A DNA stretch of 64,000 bases from Squalus acanthias (taxonomy: Eukaryota): the NCBI GenBank assembly GCA_030390025.1, contig CM059432.1, positions 2,046,001-2,110,000 on the forward strand, read 5' to 3'. The notes beneath the pieces were generated by a model, which was not told the origin of the DNA, made no database searches, and saw only the letters and a program-made list of their open reading frames with translations. A program made the position numbers and the translations under genes. This document shows, one piece after another, positions 1 through 11,835 of the stretch (position 1 is its first letter; each line of letters opens with the position of its first letter).

Positions 1-955
1 CAAGAAAAAAAAAGGACCTGCATTTCTATAGCGCCTTTCACGACCTCAGGGCGTCTCAAAGCGCTTTACAGCCAATGAAGTACTTTTTGAAATGTAGTCA
101 CTGTTGTAATGTAGGAAACACAGCAGCCAATTTGCACACAGCAAGCTCCCACAAACAGCAATGTGATAATGACCAGATCATCTGTTTTAGTGATGTTGAT
201 TGAGGGATAAATATTGGCCCCAGGACACCGGGGAGAACTCCCCTGCTCTTCTTCGAAATAGTGGCCACGGGATCTTTTATGCCCACCTGTGAGAGGAGAC
301 GGGGCCTCTGTTTAACGAATCATCCAAAAGATGGCACCTCCGACAGTGCGGTGCTCCCTCAGTACTGGCACATAAGAACATAAGAAATAGGAGCAGGAGT
401 AGGCCATTCGGCCCTTCGAGTCTGCTTCGTCATTCAATAAGATCATGGCTGATCTTCTGCCTCCACTCCATTCACCGGCTCTATCGCCATATCCCTTGAT
501 GCCCTTATTAGTCAGAAATCTATCGACTTCTGTTTTGAATATACCCAATGACTGAGCCTCCACAGCCCTCTGGGGTAGAGAATTCCAAAGGTACACCACC
601 CTCTGTGTGAAGAAATTTCTTCTCATCTCAGTCCTGAATGGCCTACCCTTTATCTTGAGGCTGTGGCCCCTGGTTCTAGACTCCCCAGCCAAGGGAAACA
701 TTCTCCCAGCATCCACCCTATCAAGCCCTGTAATAATTTTGTATGCTTCAATGAGATCCCCTCTCGTTCTTCTGAATTCAAGAGAAGCCAGGCCTAGTTT
801 ACTCAATCTCTTCTCATACGACAGTCTCACCATCCCAGGAATCAATCTCGTGAACCTTTGTTGCACTCCCTCTATGGCAAGTATATCCTTCCTTAGGTAA
901 GGTATCCTTCCTTAGGCACTGGGAGTGTCAGATTGGATTTTTGTGCTCTTGTCTC
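1..955 (-). mobile_element. Deu-type SINE interrupted by a CR1 3' fragment (~372-915)
   Basis: SINE body 15-371 resumes at ~916. ORF 312..866 is a CR1 RT C-terminus ([10 protein letters not shown]...FFTQRVV). Confidence 0.8.
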
Positions 956-2630
956 TTTTGAAAGTCACTATTGAATCTGCTTCCACCGCCCTTTCAGGCA
1001 GCGCATTCCCGATCACCTGTCAGGTCTCTCACCTGGTAGGTGGGAGGCCGGCCAGGAGAGTCTTTGAGCAAGAAAGTAGATAGTCATGTGTCAAGTCCCA
1101 CAGAAAGGTGAGCTGTCTACCTGGAGCTAAAGGAGTGCACAATGAGGAAAAATTAGAAGGTCTACTGAAGTTGGCAGGATCGGACCTTGTGGTGCTTGTC
1201 CATGAGGGACAAACGGCATTGGGACCAATAATACAGCGACTACAAGGCACCAATAATACAGCGACTACAAGGCACATACATGAGGATTGCCTCAAGTTTC
1301 AAAAATAGGGAATGCAAAATAGTGTTCATAGAATGATACAGCTCAGAAGGAGGCCATTCGGCCCATCGAGCCTGTGCTGGCTCTTTGAACGAGCTCTCCA
1401 ATTAGTCCCACTCCCCCCCTGCTCTTTCCCCACAGCCCTGCACATTTCTCCCCTTCAAGTATTTATCCAATTCCCCTTTGAAAGTTACTATTGAATCTCA
1501 GTCAAACGGCCGTTTTTTCCCGTATTTTTATATCTAGTAAACAAAAGTGTTTGAAGAAAGTTTTACGAAACTACAATTTATTTAATACGGCTATGATTTT
1601 TCTCCCGGGTTTCTGCTCGCGCCAGTGTCCTGGAGATTAGTCTTCAATTCCTGGAGACTCCCGGGCAATCCTGGAGGGTTGGTAACCAATGCTCCCTCTA
1701 GTTATTTTTTTTTCTTGTGCGCGGTCCCTGTAAATTTGCTGTGCGGCCGCCCGTGCGCCCGTGCGCGGTATCTGTTCCAGGTGAGCGGCCTGTGCGGGAC
1801 CTCGCGATGGATGTGTGACCACGTGCCTTTGGAGTAACATTGTTGGTACCCCTACCAGTGAGAGAGAGTGATTGTCCGTGCGTGCATGGGATAGGGGGGG
1901 GGGGGCGGCGGGGGGGAAGAGAAGAAGAGTTAAATATTGTAGTATACTGTTAAGTACATCCATGTTTTAAGTCTTCAGAAGAATACACACCTCACCAAAC
2001 TGGAGTCAGCAGAGAATGGGATCAGCCTTTCAGAACTTGCTATTCACTCCGGCGATATATACGTCACTCATTCAGTCGCCATGACACTGTTTTTGCCTTT
2101 TGTCCACTGTGAATTGTGGCCCAAGGCGCAGCAGACTAAACATTTCCACCAATGCACAGGGGAACCGTGAGCAACAGCGCCCCAGTGGGACAGTGTCGTG
2201 AAGGAGGGTCGGGCGAGCCACACACAGACCCAAATTACAATGTCCAGGGCGCGCACACACACACACACACACATCTACCTACTCCGCTTTCTCAATCCGT
2301 TTCAAATCAGTGCTGTAAGATCGACTGTGGAAAAGCCAGCCTGACTACAGGTGAAAATGCAGGTGAACCATTGATTGCTGCAACAGACTCTCGTGAAGAA
2401 GACTAGGAAGGGAACATAGAGGTGATAGAGGTCCCAATAAGCCAAGCAGCAGCAGGTATGTAGAAAAATTCATAAGAAGCACAGTGGTGTTTGGTCTCCG
2501 ATTGGCAACAGAAAAAAAATAAATGGAATAAGCGAGAATAAATTTAAGGTAAAACAAGTGCTGTCGACTAAAACCGCGCGCTTGTAATGTGCAGACACAG
2601 GGCCAACAATCTTAGTACAAATCCGCTTAC

Positions 2631-2715
2631 CTATCATGTGATTGGCCACGTGAACCTGGATGTCCCACTCACATTGAAAGATCATCTGACATTTGATGCA
2701 CTGGTAGGTCTTCTT
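2631..2715 (-). CDS. ZNF521: Next coding exon of ZNF521 (85 bp, one C2H2 finger)
   Basis: Encodes [28 protein letters not shown]. Pyrimidine tract plus ccAG acceptor at 2717-2716 and GTaag donor at 2630-2629. Phase 0 joins in frame to ...PQPEE of the large exon. Confidence 0.94.
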
Positions 2716-3964
2716 CTGGAATGAGAAAAGGGGGAGAAAATAGCAGAGATGCAAAAACTGATAAAAGTTGCCCCCAAAAATGGAAGCCACACAACTTCTT
2801 TTAAATCATTAAAAAAACTTTCAACATCTATTACAAAACAATGGATCATAGAATCATAGAAATTCAGGACATGGAAGGAGGCCATTCGGCCCATCGTGTC
2901 CGCGCCGGCCGACAAAGAGCTATCCAGCCTAATCCCACTCTCCAGCTCTTGGTCCGTGGCCCTGTAGGTTACGGCACTTCAAGTGCACATCCAAGTACTT
3001 TTTAAATGTGATGAGGGTTTCTGTCTCTACCACCCTTTCAGGCAGTGAGTTCCAGACCCCCACCACCCTCTGGGTGAACAAAGTTCTCCTCAACTCCCCT
3101 CTAATCCTTCAACCAATTACTTTAAATCTATGCCCCCTGGTTATTGACCTCTCTGCTAAGGAAATAGGTCCTTCCTATCCACTCTATCTAGGCCCCTCAT
3201 AATTTTATACACCTCAATTAAATCTCCCCTCAGCCTCCTCTGTTCCAAATAAAACAACCCCAGCCTATCCAATCTTTCCTCATAGCTAAACTTCTCCAGC
3301 CCAGGCAACATCCTAGTAAATCTCCTCTGTACCCTCTCCAGTGCAATCACATCCTTCCTGTAATGTGGTGACCAGAACCGTACGCAGTACTCCTGTATCA
3401 TCTGCAGGATGTGCTGATGGGGTGAGATGAAGAGGGGTGGGAGAAGGCTGGTGTGGAGCAGAAACACCGGCACGGACCAGTTGGGCCGAATGGCCTGTTT
3501 CCGTGCTGTACGTGCTGTGTAATTAATTTTAAAGGGGGCACGGTGCCGTCAAGAGAAAACGGCGGCAAACTTAGTTTCTGAGCACACATCACGGCAACGT
3601 AATCACTCAACAACAACCTTCCACTTGAGGGTGTTGGTGTAAGTGACCCACGACCTGCTTTAGCACTTGTCCATTTCCAAACAAAACAGGACTTGCCAAA
3701 CACTTTCAGAAAGACTATTGAAGTTTTTCAGCTCAAAAGTTCCACTACTCTTAATCTGCATTCACAATCTGGTTTCAGCTTTTGTCTTCCAATATTGCCC
3801 TCAAATTAATGCCTTTAAGGGGAAGCTCGATAAACACATGAGGGAGAAAGGAATAGAAGGATATGTTGATGGGGTGAGATGAAGAGGGGTGGGCGGAGGC
3901 TCGTGTGGAGCATAAACCCCGGCACGGAGCAGATGGGCCGAATGGCCTGTTTCTGTGCTGTAGA

Positions 3965-5672
3965 CAACAATAACTTGCATTTATATAGCGCCTTTAACAT
4001 GGTAATACCCAAGCTTCAAAGGAGCGATTATCAAACAAAATTTGACATCGAGCCACATAAGGAGATATTAGGACAGGCGACCAAAACCTGGGTCAAAGAG
4101 GTCGGTTTTAAGGAGCGTTTTAAAGGAGGAGAGAGAGGCGGAGAGGTTTAGGGAGGGAATTCCAGAGCTTAGGGACCAGGCAGCTGAAGGCACGGCCGCC
4201 AATGGTGGAACAATTAAAATCGGGGATGTGCAAGAGGCCAGAATTGGAGGAGCGCAGAGATCTCATAGAATCATAGAATCACAGAAAGTTACAGCACGGA
4301 AGGAGGCCATTTCGGCCCATCGTGTCCGTGCCGGCCAACAAAGAGCTATCCAGCCTAATCCCACTTCCCAGCTCTTGGTCCGTAGCCCTGCAGGTTAGAG
4401 CATCCCAAGTGCACAACCAAGTACTTTTTAAATGTGGTTAGGGTTTCTGCCTCTACCACCCTTTCAGGCAGTGAGTTCCAGACCCCCACAACCCTCTGGG
4501 TGAAGAAATTTCCCCTCAAATCCCCTCTAAACCTTCCCCCAATTACTTTAAATCTGTGCCCCCTGGTTTTTGACCCCTCTGCTAAGGGAAATAGGTCCTT
4601 TCTATCCACTTTATCTATGCCCCTCATAATTTTATACACCTCAATAAGGTCTCCCTTCAGCCTCCTCCGTTCCAAGGAAAACAGACCCAGCCTATCCAGT
4701 CTTTCCTCATAGCTAAGATTCTCTACTCCCAGCAACATCCTTGTAAATCTCCTCTGTACCCTCTCTAGTGCAATCACATCTTTCCTGTAATGTGGTGACC
4801 AGAACTGCACGCAGTACTCTAGCTGAGGCCTAACTAGTGTTTTATTCAGTTGAAGCATAATCCCCCTGCTCTTGTATTCTATGCCATGGCTAATAAAGGC
4901 AAGCATTCCGTATGCCTTCTTAACCACCTTATCTACTTGGCCTGCTACCTTCAGGGATCTGTGGACATGCACTCCAAGGTCACTTTGTTCCTCTACACTA
5001 CTCAGTGTCCGACCATTTAATGTGAATTCCCATTCTTGTTTGCCCTCCCCTAATACATTACCTCACACTTCTCCGGATTGAATTCCATTTGCCACTGTTC
5101 TGCCCACCTGACCAATTTATTGATATCTTCCTGCAGTCTACAGCTTCCTTCTTCAGTATCAACCACACAGCCGATTTTAGTATCATCTGCAAACTTCTTA
5201 ATCATACCCCCTATATTCAAGTCAAGATCGTTGATATATACCACAAAAAGCAAGGGACCTAGTACCGAGCCCTGCGGAACCCCACTGGAAACAGCCTTCC
5301 AGTCACAAAAACACCCATCAACCATTACCCTCTGCTTCCTGTCTCCTAGCCAGTTTTCAATCCAACTTGACACTTTGCCCTGGATCCCATGGGCTTTTAA
5401 CTTCGTGACCAGTCTGCCATGTGGAACCTTTTCAAAAGCCTTGCTAAAGTCCATATACACTACATCAAACGCACTACCCTCATCAACCCTCCTTGTTACC
5501 TCCTCAAAAAATTCAGGAGGGGTGTAGGGCTGGAGGAGGTTACAGAGATAGGGAGGTGCGTGGCCACAGAGGGATTTGAATACAAGGATGAGATTTTTAA
5601 CATTGAGGCGTTGCTGGACCGGGAGCCAATGTAGGTCAGCGAGCACGGGGGGTGATGGGTGAATGGGACTTA
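3965..5672 (-). mobile_element. L2 3' fragment interrupted by a CR1 (4264-5515)
   Basis: L2 motif LADLHWLPV...APPYL and the tail aaggcgctatataaatgcaag. The nested CR1 has GVPQGSVLGP and FADD and resembles 34131-37814. Confidence 0.85.
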
Positions 5673-5964
5673 TTTAACAGTGGCATTTGTTCTTGAGCAC
5701 CTAACTTGGTGTGAGTTATAAGAACATAAGAATTAGGAGCAGGAGTCGGCCATAGGGCCCCTCGAGCCCGCTCCGCCATTCAATAAGATCATGGCCGATC
5801 ATCAACCTCATCTCCACTTTCCGCCCGATCTCCATATCCCTTGATTCCCCTTCGAGGATACTGGCGGCAGAGTTTTGGATGACCTCAAGTTTACGGAGGG
5901 CGGAAGATGGGAGGCCTGTGTATATTTCCGTTTGCCAGTGCCACATCCTCTACCCTTTCAGCAT

Positions 5965-7740
5965 TTAAGTCAGACTAATGTGACTTATTAGTGGTGATAT
6001 ATTGAGCTGGATTGAGAAGTGGCTGGCAGGGCGTAGGCAGAAGGTAGTTATAGATGGATTTGGATCTGTTTGGAGACCGGTCACCAGTGGTGTCCCACAG
6101 GGATTGGTGTTGGGACCGTTGCTCTTTTCTATTTTTATTAATGATCTGGATGTAGGTGTTGGGGGCATGACCTGCAAATTTGCAGATGATGCCAAGATCT
6201 GTGCGAGTGCTGAGACCGTAGACGATGTTCGTCTACTTCAGGCAGATCTTTAATGTGTTGGGAGATTGGGCTCGAGACTGGAAAATGATGTTTCATTTGT
6301 ATTGCATGTGGGCAGCATGAATGCTCAACATTCCTACACCCTTCAGGGAAAAGCATTAAAGAAGGTGGAGAAAGAAAGTGATCTGGAGGTTCCAGTGCAT
6401 AGAGCTCTAAAGGTACATGAGCAATGCTGTGAAGGTTCACTCGGTTGATTTCGGAGATGAGGGGGTTGACTTATGAGGAGAGGTTGAGTAGGTTGGGCCT
6501 CTACTCATTGGAATACAGAAGAATGAGAGGCGATCTTATCGAAACATATAAGATTGTGAGAGGGCTTGATCGGGTGGAGGCGGGGATGATGTTTCCACTG
6601 ATGGGTGAGACTAGAACTAGGGGGCATAATCTTAGAATAAGGGGCTGCCGTTTCAAAACTGAGATGAGGAGAAACTTCTTCACTCGGAGGGTAGTAAATC
6701 CATGGAATTTGCTACCTCAGAGAGCTGTGGAAGCTGCAACATTAAATAAATTTAAAACGGAGATAGACAGTTTCCTAGCTGATAAGGGAATTAAGGGTTA
6801 TGGGGAGCGGGCAGGGAAGTGGACGGGAGTCTAGGTTCGGATCAGCCATGATCCTATTGAATGGCGGAGCAGGCCCGAGGGGTCGTATGGCCTACTCCTG
6901 CTCCTACTTCTTATGTTCTAAGTGATAGCTCGAGCGAACAGGGTCCATTTACAGGACAATTGACTACAAGACAAGACATACCATTTTGTCATTGTACAAG
7001 ACCTTAGTCAGGCCGCACTTGGAACACTGTGTCCAGCTTTGGTCTCCTCACATGGTGGGTGATATTGAGGTTTTGGAGAGGGTGCCGAGGAGGGCCACTA
7101 GACTAATTCCCAGTCTAAAGCATCTTAGTTATCAAGATAGGCTAAAAGAGTTGGGACTCTACACTTTAGAGAAGCGTAGACCTAGGGGTGATCTGATCAT
7201 AGGAACAGGAGGAGGTCATTTAGCCCCTCCAGCCTGTTCTGCCATTCAATGAGATCATGGCTGGTCTGCGACCTAACTCCATATACCCGCCTTTGCCCCA
7301 TATCCTTTAATACCTTATGTTAAGAAAAATCGATCAATCTCACATTTAAAATTAACAATTGATCTAGCATCAACTGCCTGTTGTGGAAGAGAGTTCCAAA
7401 CTTCTACCACCCTTGTGTGTAGAAGTGTTTCCTAACTTCACTCCTGAAAGGTCTGGCTCTAACGTTTAGGCTATGCCCCCTAGTCCTGGACTCCCCAAGG
7501 TTTACAAATAATGAAGGGAATAGATTGTGTTCCAGTTGACAGTTTGTTTCAATTAAATAGGTTAGGGAGGACCGGGGTGACAAATTTAAATTGTATCAGG
7601 CTAGATCCAGGTTAAATGTCAGGAGGTGGGTCTTTTCCCAGAGAATAGTGGACCTCTGGAACAGGCTGCCGTCTCGTGCGGTGGATGCTGATTCGTGGAA
7701 TTTCTTCAAGCGAGAGCTAGCCCTGTTTCTTGTTGGGGCG
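5965..7740 (+). mobile_element. Older CR1 RT fragment with nested younger CR1 3' ends
   Basis: [10 protein letters not shown]...FADD at 6002-6253 continues at 6986-7200 and after 7500. Inserts lie at ~6445-6920 and ~7200-7495. Confidence 0.75.
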
Positions 7741-8299
7741 GAGATCACCTCTTACAGAAGGTAGGTACTGCAGGGAATTCAGGGCCAGAGTGATCGATCT
7801 CCTGGACTAGTTTCGCTCGCCTAGATGGGTCGGAGAGGGATTTCCCAGATTCCCCCCCCGCCCCCAAATTGGCCTGGGGTTTTTTATTTGTTTTTTTTGC
7901 CTCTCCCAGGAGATCACATGGTTTCGGGTGGGGTGGTTTGTATATGTTGTGATACACAAGGTATCGCAATTGTGTGGGACAGGCTCGATGAGCCAGAGGG
8001 TCTTTTGCTGTTTGTCATTGCTCGTATGGTCGTACCATGTGCTTCTGCACTAAGGTGATCATTCTCATTGGGGAATGGGCTTGTCTTGGCTTGTATACAG
8101 CTGTTTGATTGGATCAAGGACTGCGGAACATGCAGGTTGAACCAAACTGAAGATGTGTTTCACGACGTCTAAACCTGTTTTAAAATTGGTTTGGGGGTTC
8201 TTTATGTACAGATCAGACACCCTTCTTCTCTCTAACATGATCTTTGAGAGCCATGGCATAAGCAAGTGCCCGGTTACAGAGTTTCTCTATCAGTGACAC

Positions 8300-9070
8300 A
8301 GAATCATAGAATCACAGAAATTTATTGCACAGAAGGAGGCCATTTGGCCTATCGTGTCCGTGTCGGCTGAAAAAGAGCTCTCCAGCCTAATCCCACTTTC
8401 CAGCTCTTGGTCCGTAGTCCTGTAGGTTACGGCACTTCAAGTGCATATCCAAGTACTTTTTAAATGTGATGAGGGTTTCTGCCTCTACCACCCTTTCAGG
8501 CAGTGAGTTCCAGACCCCCACCACCCTCTGGGTGAAAAAAGTTCTCCTCAAATCCCCTCTAAACCATCCACCCATTACTTTAAATCTATGCCCCCTGGTT
8601 ATTGACCTCCCTGCTAGGGGAAATAGGTCCTTCCTATCCATTCTATCTATGCCCCTCATAATTTTATACACCTCAATCAAGTCTCCCCTCAGCCTCCTCT
8701 GTTCCAAAGAAAACAAACCCAGCCTATCCAATCTTTCCTCGTAGCTAAAATTCTCCAGTCCTGGCAACATCCTCGTAAATCTCCTCTGTACCCCCTCTAG
8801 TGCAATCACATCTTTCCTGTAATGTGCACGCAGTACTCTAGCTGTGGCCTAACTAGTGTTTTATACAGTTGAAGCATAACTTCCCTGCTCTTATATTCTG
8901 TGCCTCGGCTAATAAAGGCAAGTATCCCTTATGCCTTCTTAACCACCTTATCTACCTGTCCTGCTACCTTCAGGGATCTGTGGACCTGCACTCCAAGGTC
9001 CCTTTGTTCCTCTACACTTCTCAGTGTCCTACCATTTAATGTGTATTCCCTTGCCTTGTTAGACCTCCCC
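8300..9070 (-). mobile_element. CR1 3' fragment
   Basis: ORF 8387..8809 is a CR1 RT C-terminus. Many similar fragments occur, e.g. ~2845-3395, 12682-13150, 16352-16790, 17975-18525, 19022-19665, 24095-24600, 26098-26630, 29365-29860, 37958-38475, 38785-39320, 45570-46155, 46478-46890, 56473-56830 and 57962-58430. Confidence 0.85.
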
Positions 9071-9714
9071 TTCATTGCACCTTCAGAGTCAGAAGGTTGT
9101 GGGTTTGAGTCCCACTCCAGAGACGCGAGTACAAGATCTAAGCTGACTCTCCCAGTGCACCCCGACTATTGTCCGAACCCTTCCCCGAGCTGCATCGAGG
9201 TCGGTATCAATATGGGTCGAGTTGGTGACTCAGTGTCTGAGAAGGTGAATGGGATGTTTCAAGAGAAAAATGAGAAATGAGTGCAGGGCAGAGGGTGCGG
9301 GGAGGATTTGAAAAAATATATATTCATTCTCGGGATGTGGGTGTCGCTGGCAAGGCCGGCATTTATTGGCCATTTCTAGTTGCCCTGAGAAGGTGGTGGT
9401 GGGCCTTCCTGAACAACTAGCGGAGGTTCTGATACAACTGAGTCTTGCTAGGCCACTCCAGAGGTCAGTTAAGAGTCAACCACATTGGTGTGCGACTGGA
9501 GTCATGTATTGGGTAAGGCAGGCTTCCTATGAACCAGACAGTTTTAAAAAACCAACCTTCTGTTTCCAGTGATTTTTTTTAAAAACGGAAATCAAAATCT
9601 CAAACTGCCACAATGCGATTTGAACTCACATTTTCTGGTCCGTTAACATAATCACTACACTACCGTACCCTACATTCTGATATGACAGAATCATAGAAAT
9701 GATAGCACTGGTGT

Positions 9715-11229
9715 CAGCCAAAGACTTTTGCTCCAGAACTAGCCGCGCCTCTAGCCAAGCTGTTCCAGTACAGCTACAAAACTGGCATCTACCCGACAAT
9801 GTGGAAAACTGCCCAGGTATGTCCTGTCCACAAAAAGCAGGACAAATCCAATCTGGCCAATTACCGCCCTATCAGTCTATTCTCAATCATCAGCAAACTG
9901 ATGGAAGGTGTCATCAACAATACTATCAAGTGGCACTTACTCACCAATAACCTGCTCACTGATGCCCAGTTTGGGTTCCGCCAAGACCACTCGGCTCCCG
10001 ACCTCATTACAACCTTGGTCCAAACATGGACAAAAGAGCTGAATTCCAGAGGTGAGGTGAGAGTGACTGCCCTTGACATCAAGGCAGCATTTGACCGAGT
10101 GTGGCATCAAGGAGCCCTAATAAAACTGAAGTCAATGGGAATCAGGGGGAAAACTCTCCACTGGCTGGAGTCATAGCTGGCACAAAGTAAGATGGTTGTG
10201 GTGGTTGAAGGTCAACCATCACAGCCCAGGGCATCACTGCAGGAGTTCCTCAGGGCAGTGTCCAAGGCCCAACCATCTTCAGCTGCTTCATCAATGACCT
10301 TCCCTCCAACATAAGGTCACAAATGGGGACGTTCACTGATGACTGCAGTGTTCAACGCCATTCACAACTCCTCAGATAATGAAGCAGTCCATGCCAACAT
10401 GCAACAAGACCTGGACGACGTTCAGGCTTGGGCTAATAAGTGGCAGGTAACATTCGCGCCACAGAAGTGCCAGGCAATTACTATCTCCAACAAGCGAGAG
10501 TCTAACCACCGCTCCTTGACATTCAACGGCATTACCATCGTCGAATCCTCCACCATCAACATCCCAGGTGTCACCATTGACCAGAAACTTAACTGGACCA
10601 GTCACATAAATACCGTGGCAACAAGGGCAGGTCAGAGGCTAGGTATTCTGCGGCGAGTGTCTAACCTCCTGGTTAACCAAAGCCTTTCCACCATCTACAA
10701 GGCACAAGTAAGGAGTGTGATGGAATACTCTCCATTTGCCTGGATGAGTGCAGCTCCAACAACACTCAAGAAGCTCGACACCATCCAGGACAAAGCAGCC
10801 CGCTTGATTGGCACCCCATCCACCATCTTCAACTTCACTCCTTCCACCACCAGTGCACCGTGGCTGCAGTGTGTACCATCTACAAGATGCACTGTAGCAA
10901 CTCACCAAGGCTTCTTCGGCAGCACCTCCCAAACCCGGCGACCTCTTCCACCTAGAAGGACAAGGGCAGCAGGCGCATGGGAACACCACCACCTCCAAGT
11001 TCCCCTCCAAGTCACACATCATCGTGACTTAGAAGTATATCGCCGATCCTTAATCGTCGCTGGGTCAAAATCCTGGAACTCCCTCCCTAAAAGCACTGTG
11101 GGAGCACCTTCACCACACGGACTGCAGCAGTTCAAGAAGGCGGCTCACCACCACCTTCTGAAGGGCAACTAGGGATGGGCAATAAATGCCGGCCTTGCCA
11201 GCAACGCCCACATCCCATGAACGAATAAA
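9715..11229 (+). mobile_element. 5'-truncated LINE of a second family (CR1/L2-related RT)
   Basis: WKTAQVCPVHKK...NYRPISL...QFGFR...ALDIKAAFDRVWH and VRSVMEYS, with stops and frameshifts. The 3' end is gcaataaatgccggcc...aataaaaaa. Confidence 0.85.
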
Positions 11230-11233
11230 AAAC

Positions 11234-11835
11234 GCCGTGACTCAGTGGGTAGCACCCTCGCCTCTGAGTCAGAAGGTTGTGGGTTCAAGTCAAACTCCAG
11301 AGACTTGAGCACAAAAATCTAGGCTGACACTCCAGTGCAGGGCTGAGGGAGTGCTGCACTGTCGGAGGTGCCGTCTTTCGGATGAGACGTTAAACCGAGG
11401 CCCCATCTGCTCTCTCAGTTGGACGTAAAAGATCCCATATTTATCCCTCAATCAACATCACTGGACCAGGACAAAGCAGCCCCGCTTGATTGGCACCTCA
11501 TCCACCACCTTAAACCTTCACTCCCTCCACCACCTGGCGTACCGTGGCTGCAGTGTGTACCATCTACAAGATGCGCTGCAGCAACTCGCCAAGGCTTCTT
11601 CGGCAGCACCTCCCAAACCCGTGACCTCTACCACCGAGAAGGACAGGGGCAGCAGGCGCATGGGAACACCACCACCTCCAAGTTCCCCTACTGTTTGTGG
11701 GAGCTTGCTGTGCGCAAATTGGCTGCCGCGTTTCCCACATCACAACAGTGACTACGCTTCAAAAGTACTTCATTGGCTGTAAAGCGCTTTGGGACGCTGT
11801 GAAAGCCACGGTCGAAATCCAAGTCTTTTGTCTTT
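11234..11835 (+). mobile_element. Deu-type SINE with an internal LINE fragment (~11465-11690)
   Basis: The SINE head and tail flank a piece matching the LINE at 9715-11229. Confidence 0.75.

Noticed and set aside
607..900. Recurrent ORFs such as MKKFLLISVLNG... and MMRVSASTTLSG...
   Set aside because: They are antisense translations of CR1 3' fragments repeated throughout the window.
1600..1690. Possible hAT-like MITE end (ctggagggttggtaacc), with a similar piece near 14520-14580
   Set aside because: I could not find a matching second TIR or TSD, so the boundaries are unsupported.
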